Assembly: GCA_951406725.2 (NCBI GenBank)
Contig: OX597814.1
Span: 82,274,001 to 82,338,000 of the forward strand
Direction of reading: 5' to 3'
DNA length: 64,000 nt
Source of the DNA: Octopus vulgaris
Taxonomy: Eukaryota
Below the pieces are notes generated by a model. That model was not told the origin of the DNA and did not search any database. It saw nothing but the letters and a program-made list of their open reading frames with translations. Position numbers and translations under genes: made by a program. The first letter of the stretch is position 1; every line of letters begins with the position of its first letter. Shown piece after piece: positions 55,931-64,000 of the stretch.

Positions 55931-56406
55931 ATTATTTACATTTGACAGATATTTGTCCTCATCTTGTTTGTTGTTAACGTTTTAGCTGATATACACTCCA
56001 GCCTTCATCAAGTGTCTTGGGAAATTTCGAACCTGGGTTCTCATTCCTAAGGTATATTTCGATGTTGTTGTTGTTATTATTATTATAACTATTACTAATA
56101 TTATTCAGGTTACTGCCTGGAATCAAACTCGGAATCTTGGGGTAAGTAACCCGTGCTCTTAACCACTACGCCATATAGTGTAGTGGTTAAGAGCACAGGC
56201 TACAAAGCCCAAGATTCCGAGTTCAATTCCAAGCAGTGACCTGAACAACAACAGCAGCAACAACAACAACGAAATATACCTTAGGAATGAGAACCCAGGT
56301 TCGAAATTTCCCCAAGACACCTGATGAAGGCTGGAGGGTATATCAGCCAAAACGTTGTGCTAACAACAAACAAGATGAGGACAAATATCCGTCAAATGTA
56401 AATAAT
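55931..56406. mobile_element. Zero-spacer palindrome of two head-to-head elements, each a tRNA-like head plus a hammerhead-bearing PLE-type tail
   Basis: Axis at 56174/56175. Right arm: TAGTGTAGTGGTTAAGAGC (A box), GAGTTCAATTCC (B box), (CAA)n, then CAC-CTGATGA-A-GGCTG-GAGGGTATAT-CAGCC-AAAAC-GTT-GTG at 56318-56359. The left arm is a diverged reverse complement. Confidence 0.75.
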
Positions 56407-58121
56407 GTACATAATCCCTCATCTCTTAAATATAGAACTTATCTGAATTATTTGATTTTGAATCTTATATGAGAAGTGAATATGTAATGATGTATGACAC
56501 AAATGAAGCATGCAGAGAGCTCTATAAAAATTGCAAAGCAATAAGAGTAACTGGAAGTTTAAGGTACTCAATAGAAGTTTTACCTTTCTTTGGTATATAA
56601 TTAGTTAGCATCTCAAATTTTCTCATGTGTATAAACTTGACAATATACTTCAGTAACATCCTTGCACATTCAAACACTGTTATCAAATCAACTAAACAGC
56701 CTGTACAACTATATTTACAGAAAATTCACAACTAGTTGTATAATAAATGACTTTCATCTCAATATAGAAAAAGTCAACATCAACAATTTCAAACAACTAC
56801 AGTAAAATCAATAAAGATATTGCATTGTGCCTCATCAATAATAAATCAATCAATACTATCATGTAATAATTCAATTTCTTCACTATTTATGATCATAGGT
56901 ATGTATGAAAATTTTAAACATATTCCTAACACCTAGGCAAACTGGGGCAATGTAAAATATAGTGTCTGTCTCAGGTACACAATGAAACCTCCTCAGTAGA
57001 TATTAATCAAACAATCCATTAGAAGATACTTTAACAACTAGGTTAATTTGCTTTAACATATATACCTACATAAAAACTACTCTACATGTGCTCTGACACC
57101 AATAATTGGCACAATAACTTTAGTAGATATCGAGCACAAAGAAAAACACTTGAGGTCATCACAATTACTACACATCAAAAACAAATATTTTAACATGATT
57201 AAATATGAATTATAAGATTTAAATTGCTGATAACTAACACTTGAAATGTATATGCTCCTTAATCTCAAACCAAACAAAATACTATAAAATGGAACACAAG
57301 ACATATAAAGCACACACCAAGACTCATATAAACTTCCATTAAGCACAGTTATGCTCAAACAAATCTTTCATACTAAATCCATTCTCATACAATACAGATC
57401 CACACACAACCTCAAAACATGACACTATGAAACTACTCCTAACTTTATATTTTTTCCAACTGCTCACTCCCATCTTTTCTAAATGCCTAACATTTTGTTA
57501 CCATTGTATCTAAGCACAATGAAAGTTTGTCTCACTCTAAAATGCAAGCACTCAATACCAAGCAGAGGGAGCTCTGAATTCTAAAAGATAATCCTTCTAG
57601 TGCTGGAGCTATGATGAAACACCACAAACTTTTTTTGATCAGGGATGGATGATAGGTTTAACACACCATCTGCTTGAGTATTACTATCTCATCCTCATCA
57701 GAATTCACCCTGATGCAAGCATCCAGACAACACAGTTTTTCAATGCATAACTTCCAACCACAGCTTTCCTTGCATTGTTCCTACTCAGAGCTGTACCCCT
57801 CAAGAACTCCTTCCCCACTCACCCATCCACACACACATACCTACATTTTTTTCTCTCCATATATTTAGCTACAGAAGTGGGTTTGCATGGAAACAGTACA
57901 CAATAATAATCAACAGGTTTAATGAAACAAAGAAATAAATAGATTGATGAGTGAATGGGTGTGTGGGTGGATGGTGACAACTATAATGACCATGACAAAT
58001 ATAATGACCATGATCAATTTTTTTTTTAAGGTAAACATTATCATACTGTTTCAAATAACTTTCAGAGATCAATTACCTATTTACAGGACATTGTGAAACT
58101 CGTATTGTAAAAATAACTTAC

Positions 58122-58295
58122 CATGATAACGTGTGAGGGAAATTTCTTGCGAACATCACGTAAAAACTGAACAAAGAATTCTGAATATCCATTGGCAACA
58201 TCTAAACAGATATAACGGAGATCTGGTACTGCTTCTATAATACTTTCTAACTTCTGCAAATCTCCAGCTGCCATTCCAGAACTAGCAGCAATATT
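58122..58295 (-). CDS. GMPR: GMP reductase, internal exon (174 nt)
   Basis: NIAASSGMAAGDLQKLESIIEAVPDLRYICLDVANGYSEFFVQFLRDVRKKFPSHVIM; gtcag acceptor, gtaagt donor; CLDVANGY motif. Confidence 0.95.
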
Positions 58296-59149
58296 CTGAC
58301 AAGGAGAAGATCAAAATATAAATCAACAACAGTCATTCAAATATTTTAAGATATAAATGTATCACTATTCTACAACACAATTCAATTTTTATTTGTTCAG
58401 GTTTCCTTTATCAGGTATGTTATTTCCTTTAGTTAGTATATAATTAAACACAATTTCAGTTTATAGTACTAAGTAAATATGCAATATATCTTCCACTAGA
58501 CAGAACACTAGTTTATTACAGGCAATATTACCAGGACACAGCAAACAGAATTGAAATTAACTGCTTAAGTACACAATAAATATTTGCACTCAATTGGTGA
58601 TCAAGATCCATCTTTTTCCCCATTATAACTCTATTCATATAGTGTTGGTTAACTAGTGAATTCAGTGAAATTGTCTTTGGTTTAGTCAATGACATGATAA
58701 CATGTAGATATGTCATGGACTCTTTTGTCATAAGGGTTCCATAATTTCTTGGTGAACAACCTGCCCAGCTGGTTTATTCATAATGGCCAAATGTTTGTGC
58801 TGTACATTAGTTCACTTCCTCCATCAAATAGACACTGCGTGTACAGGTAGAAGGTGTGCCACATGTCAGACACAGAATTGCAGAGCAACATGAAATACAG
58901 TGTTTAGCTCAAAAACACACCACACCATTCAGTCTGGGAATCAAAACCATGATCTCACGATCAGGAACGCAACTATCTAACCACTAAGCCATGCGCCCTC
59001 GTAATGTAACTATACAATGGAAGATATTATATTTAAGTAATACATATTTTAGCTGCAGCTGCAGAGTGTAATTAAACACACTGGGCTAATATAAACAAAT
59101 AGGAAGAACAGTTTCAGTCCTATTTCAGTCACTGAATCAATGTTGTAAT

Positions 59150-59931
59150 GTTTAGACAGAGGTCCAATAGAATAGCTCTCAGAAACAGACTATGTACAAA
59201 TTCGTTCTTCACAACTCCTGGAGCTGCTTTTAGATATGATCCATCCCATTCTTATAAAAATGATAACTCTGTCCAAATTGGTGCGCTAAACACAAATTGT
59301 CATTTCTGTAGAGCTTTAAAATTTCCAAATGAAAAGATTGTCAGCACTACCAGCTCCTCCTTAACCTCTTATGGATCTTCTACAAGGCACTTCCATCTAA
59401 TCAAAGGATTTTCTGAACAATATCAGACAATACAACACTGCATTTCAAATGACATCATTTACTGCGTCTAGGAAGATAGTTAAACATGAATTTAGGCTGG
59501 CTTCAAAGTTAAAGGGCAAGTCTATCACCTCATTGGTTCCCTGTTACCCACAAATGAACAACCACAGTTCCTCCAAATTTACTTTATGAGTGATGTAGGA
59601 CAACAAACCTAAAGGAGGTGTTAAAACTTCAGACGATGGGTCATATTAGATGCAGAGCTGACTGCTGCAAAGGAGAGTATATCCACTGACAGCTTTTCGG
59701 TGCATTAAAAACTCACCTAACCCCCACCCCCAATTTTCCATGACAGGTTAGGGACTGGAATACTCCAAACGGACGCATACCATGTTGCTTAGTTGAATTA
59801 GCCCATCATTTACTCCACAAATGTTTTGTTGTCAATGCTACACTTTCCCATATGACCTGTTTCAACATAACTGTAATATATATACAAACTACTTCATTTT
59901 AATCCCAAGCAACACCAGGTGTCTCTGCTAG
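59150..59931 (+). mobile_element. Internally deleted Helitron with RepHel N-terminal remnant
   Basis: QIGALNTNCHFCRALKFPNE, NIRQYNTAFQMTS and FKVKGQVYHLIGSLLP..PQFLQIYF; 3' end CCCAAGCAACACCAGGTGTCTCTG-CTAG-T. Confidence 0.7.
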
Positions 59932-60022
59932 TTAATACTAAAAGTAACAGTAAAAGAAACAACTTTTATTTTTTTTAAAATAACATTAAAAAATTAGATA
60001 AATCTGAAATGAATTTTATTAC

Positions 60023-60106
60023 ATTTAATTTGTCTGGATGTTTGGCAGCAAATTCTTTCCATGCATCAATGGAGTAGTGTTTATGAATAGTGGTAAAGAG
60101 ACCATA
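60023..60106 (-). CDS. GMPR: GMP reductase, 5'-most exon seen in the window (84 nt)
   Basis: YGLFTTIHKHYSIDAWKEFAAKHPDKLN (HKHY motif); tttcag acceptor, gtaata donor. The N-terminal exons were not found before 64000. Confidence 0.92.
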
Positions 60107-61250
60107 CTGAAAAGAAAAGAATACAAGTCTGAATTCATAATACTTTGTATTAGGTATGGATTGTGAAAGTTTAGGAAGTATAAATAAATAGGTAAAATAC
60201 ATGGGTCTGTGCTGTGTGAATTATGTTATTGAATTGAAAGTGTCTTGAACAAGATGTGGACTATGTGTAATATTCATTCATATTGTATTTACTTAGGTGT
60301 GTCCATTTTAGAATAGACACATTGTGTCCCTGAATGTCATGAAAGGCAACTAAAGGAAGGACATCAAGCTGTAAAACATCACCTTAGAAAAACTATCCAA
60401 CCCATGCCAGCATGGAAAAGTGAATGTAAAATACAGATAAAGTATTTTCTTTGGTGTGGCAGTGACAGATTAATTAAATGACGCCATAATTAATGAATTT
60501 ATATCATGGCTCTGCTTAATACTGTCACTATCACACCAAAGTCAATACAATATGCAAATAAATAAAGTAGTTGTCAATTCTAGTGCTCTTACTGCTTGTA
60601 TTGCTTTAGCAATTCATTGTATCTATAATTCATTGTATCTATAACTAAGACCTTCCAAAGACTTAATCCATTAAGCTCTAAATAGGTAATAGATTTGGAA
60701 TAATTCAACACTGTAAGTCATAGTAACACTCTAAAACTAACTGGTGTTTTGTTAGCTCATAGATCTGATTTCAGTTTCTTCGATTGAGAAAGTTACTAGC
60801 ATTCTATCCAGGGGTTACTTAACTCTAGCCTACTTAATAGGATTGGAAACCTAAGATAAGATCTATGTTAAGATTTTTTTTGATTCAGAAAAAGATTAGC
60901 TAAGCTAATTACAGAAATAAGATATTAACTTAAGAGCAGTGCTTAGTTCCAGCTTCTTGGTGTGAAGTAAATAAATATTTAAGTAAATTGAAGGCCAGGC
61001 TACCATAAGTAAGATCCAATATCTACTTGACATTCTGAGTAGGACAAAACAGAAACAGGAGTTAGTATGGCAGAAAGAGTGCAGTATGTGTGACAGGAAG
61101 AAGAGAGATGAGTGTGTGAGGTCAGCTCAAGTGGAAATACCATGAAAATAGCTAGCTCTGAGTAGCAGAACCAGTATCAAGTGGAGCACTAAGGTAGGAT
61201 AAAACAAAACACAAATGAATGTATAAAATCCAAACCAGGGATTGTAAATC

Positions 61251-62700
61251 TACAAGGGAGTGTTGAAAAGTTCCTGACTTTGGGTAAAAGAAAATACAAG
61301 AGGATCAGCTAATTATGATTTTATTCAACATATTCTCCTCTCAGATTCACACACTTATTGCAGCAGTCCTTCAGTTTTTCTGTAAAAGAACTCAGAATAT
61401 TAGGCCTCCAACCTAATGTCAAAGGAAGGCTAACTGGGAAGATAGTTTTTGTATGTAGCAGATGCTCAGGAGCAATAAACACTGAAAATGCTCAGAGACC
61501 AACTTCTGCCACATTCCAGGGAGAAAAACTAGAAATTGTTGATAGCTTCCGTTACCTAGGTGACCAAGTCAGTAGTGGGGGCGGGTGTGCTGAAAGTGTA
61601 ACTGCTGGAGTAAGAATAGCCTGGGCAAAGTTCAGAGAGCTCTTACCTCTGCTGGTGACTAAAGGCCTCTCGCTCAGAGTAAAAGGCAGACTGTATGACA
61701 CATGTGTACGAACAGCCATGCTACATGGCAGTGAAACTTGGGCCGTGACTGCTGAGGATATGCGTAAGCTCGCAAGAAATGAAGCCAGTATGCTCCGATG
61801 GATGTGTAATGTCAGTGTTCATACTCGACAGAGTGTAAGTACCTTGAGAGAAAAGTTGGACCTAAGAAGCATCAGTTGTGGTGTGCAAGAGAGACGTTTG
61901 CGTTGGTATGGTCATGTAGCGAGAATGGATGAAGATAGTTGTGTAAAAAAGTGCCACACCCTAGTGGTTGAGGGAACCTGTGGAAGAGGTAGACCCAGGA
62001 AAACCTTGGACGAGGTGGTGAAGTACGACCTTCGAACTTTAGGCCTCACCGAGACCGAGACCTTTGGAAGTATGCTGTGCGTGGGAAGACCCGGCAGGAC
62101 AAGTGAGACCATAACCCGTGGCCTCTACCAGGGACGTAGCCAGCCCACTTATGCATACCTTTCCTTCTTGTGACACAAACCCTACTTCTGAAGACCTGTT
62201 GAGGCAAGTGAAAATCAAAATCAAAATCGAAATCGATCAACATCAATGGAAATTGTAGCTGTGATACCAGTGCCGGTGGCACGTAAGAGAACCATCCGAA
62301 CATGGCCGTTGCCAGCGCCGCCCCGACTGGCCTCCATGCTGGTGGCACGTAAAAAGCACCATCCGATTGTGGCCGTTGCCAGCCTCGTCTGGCCCCCTGC
62401 TGGTGGCACGTAAAAAGCACCATCCAATCGTGGCCATTTGCCAGCCTCCTCTGGCACCTGTGCAGGTGGCATGTAAAAAGCACCCACTACACTCACAGAG
62501 TGGTTGGTGTTAGGAAGGGCATCCAGCTGTAGAAACACTGCCAGATCAGACTGGGCCTGGCGCAGCCTTCTGGCTTCCCAGACCCCAGTTGAACCGTCCA
62601 ACCCATGCTAGCATGGAAAACGGACGTTAAACAATGATGATGATGAACCAGGTGTTTTGCGATACCCTTAAAGCCAGGAAGTTTTCAGCACCCCCTCATA
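61251..62700. mobile_element. mariner-type MITE split by an RTE LINE insertion
   Basis: TA-CAAGGGAGTGTTGAAAAGTTCCTG ... CAGGAAGTTTTCAGCACCCCCTCA-TA terminal inverted repeats. Confidence 0.65.
61415..62646 (+). mobile_element. 5'-truncated RTE-clade LINE (ORF C-terminus, 3' UTR, (TGA)n tail), antisense in a GMPR intron
   Basis: VDSFRYLG...RIAWAKFRELLPLL...HGSETW...RRLRWYGHVARM...GRGRPRKT; open for ~250 codons; tail AAACAATGATGATGATGA. Confidence 0.9.
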
Positions 62701-63274
62701 TATACAGTCCACACTCTATGCAAATCCTTCTCAATTCAGTAGCACAACTCACACAATACATACACTATGCAATCATCAACCAATGAAATAACACACCTCA
62801 GATTGCACATATTCTACACACACACACACAAACAAACAGATGCAACACTAAAGTAACACCCAGAACAATAAAACAAACCTCACAACAAATCAAAGTAAAT
62901 GTAGCATATAAATATAATTCTACACCCATCCCCAAAGAAACAATACTATACTACCTCAAGAACACAGAAGAAGACTAAGTGTTGTAATATGAAACTTTTG
63001 AAACACAATACTAATAATAAGTGGTCTCCACTATAGGTACAAGGCCTGTAATTTTATGGGAGGGGGTAATTTGATTACATCCACCCCAGTGTTCAACTGG
63101 TATTTGTTATATCAACCCCGAAAGGATGAAAGCCAAAGTCAACTATGGCAGAATTTGAACTCAAAATATAAAGACAGACAAAATACTACTAAGCATTTAG
63201 TTCAACATGCTAACAATTCTGTCAGCTTGCTACTATGATGATGATGATGATGTTGTTGTTGTTGTTTTTGTGGC

Positions 63275-63830
63275 AAGAACGATCCATTGGGAGCTCTGCG
63301 GAAATCACAGCCTACAAAGCAAAGACATGGTATGAGAAAACCCCAGAATAAGAATTGCAAAATCCTGTGTGCTGCAATCACCTGACCAGACATCGGAAAC
63401 CAGACATTGTTGTGGTGAATAAAAAAGGAAGAACTCGCTAGATAATCAACTTAGTCATGTCCCAGTGACAACAGGATCAAAGAGAAAGAAGAAAAAATAA
63501 ACTATGATGATTTGAAGTGGGAAATACAAAGATTGTGGTCAATGAGGAGAGTAAACGTGGTACCAATAGTAATTGGCAGACTTGGAAGTATTGGTACTCA
63601 ACTACCAACATGGCTCAAAAAGACTGATACAAGTGTGAAGATAGAACGCCTAAAAAAATCTGTATTGCTTGTAACTGCAAGAATTCTTCGCAGGTATCTT
63701 AAAGCATGACCAGTAAACTAGTGTCACCTTAGTCTGCTGGCTGTGGACAGCTGACACTTTCCATCATACCCAGCAAAATAAGCTGTGAGTTTTCATTATG
63801 TAATAATGATAATAATAATAATAATAATAA
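63275..63830 (+). mobile_element. R4/Dong-like LINE 3' fragment (restriction-like endonuclease)
   Basis: HRKPDIVVVNKK, YDDLKWEIQRLW, VVPIVIGRLG, KSVLLVTARILRRYL*; ends in (TAA)n. Confidence 0.7.
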
Positions 63831-64000
63831 TGAATTCAAATTTTGGCATTAAGCATTTTGCCTCAGGTACAAATGATTATGCCAGCTCCATCTTAATAAT
63901 AATGATAAAAATAATAATAATAACAATAATAATAATTTTCAACTAGCAATAACCATATTTCAGATTTACTTCATTGGTCATGGTACATATGAAGAGTCTA

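Noticed and set aside
56176-56242. Functional tRNA gene
   Set aside because: A and B boxes are present, but the acceptor and anticodon stems do not close, there is no oligo-T terminator, and it continues into a repeat body. The same holds for the other SINE heads.
61358-62173. 271-aa ORF as a host gene
   Set aside because: It is the C-terminus of an RTE LINE ORF fused by chance to MITE sequence, with a non-ATG start.
62268-62490. CRISPR-like repeat-spacer array
   Set aside because: The intervening segments are homologous to each other (tandem ~62-bp units in a LINE 3' UTR); eukaryotic context and no cas genes.

Overview
Eukaryotic, AT-rich DNA saturated with microsatellites. The SINE/LINE repertoire and repeat density look like a coleoid cephalopod (probably Octopus); this is inferred, not verified. 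The only clear host gene is GMP reductase (GMPR) on the minus strand: five GT-AG exons at 60106-60023, 58295-58122, 55885-55697, 52609-52407 and 49938-49740, with the 5' exons beyond the window. The rest is transposon-derived: three tRNA-SINE families, Penelope-like (PLE) remnants, RTE, CR1-like and R4/Dong-like LINE fragments, mariner and maT elements, hAT/Tigger/mariner MITEs and Helitrons. Most listed ORFs are microsatellite artefacts. Three unannotated signals stand out. (1) About ten minimal hammerhead-ribozyme-like motifs with palindromic stem III, several inside long inverted repeats; one is a zero-spacer palindrome of a tRNA-headed, hammerhead-tailed element in a GMPR intron. (2) A concentric mosaic of inverted duplications around ~37.85 kb, either a real inversion or a haplotype-mosaic assembly. 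(3) A CpG-decay boundary at ~46-47 kb consistent with gene-body methylation of GMPR. Repeat boundaries were read by eye and are approximate.
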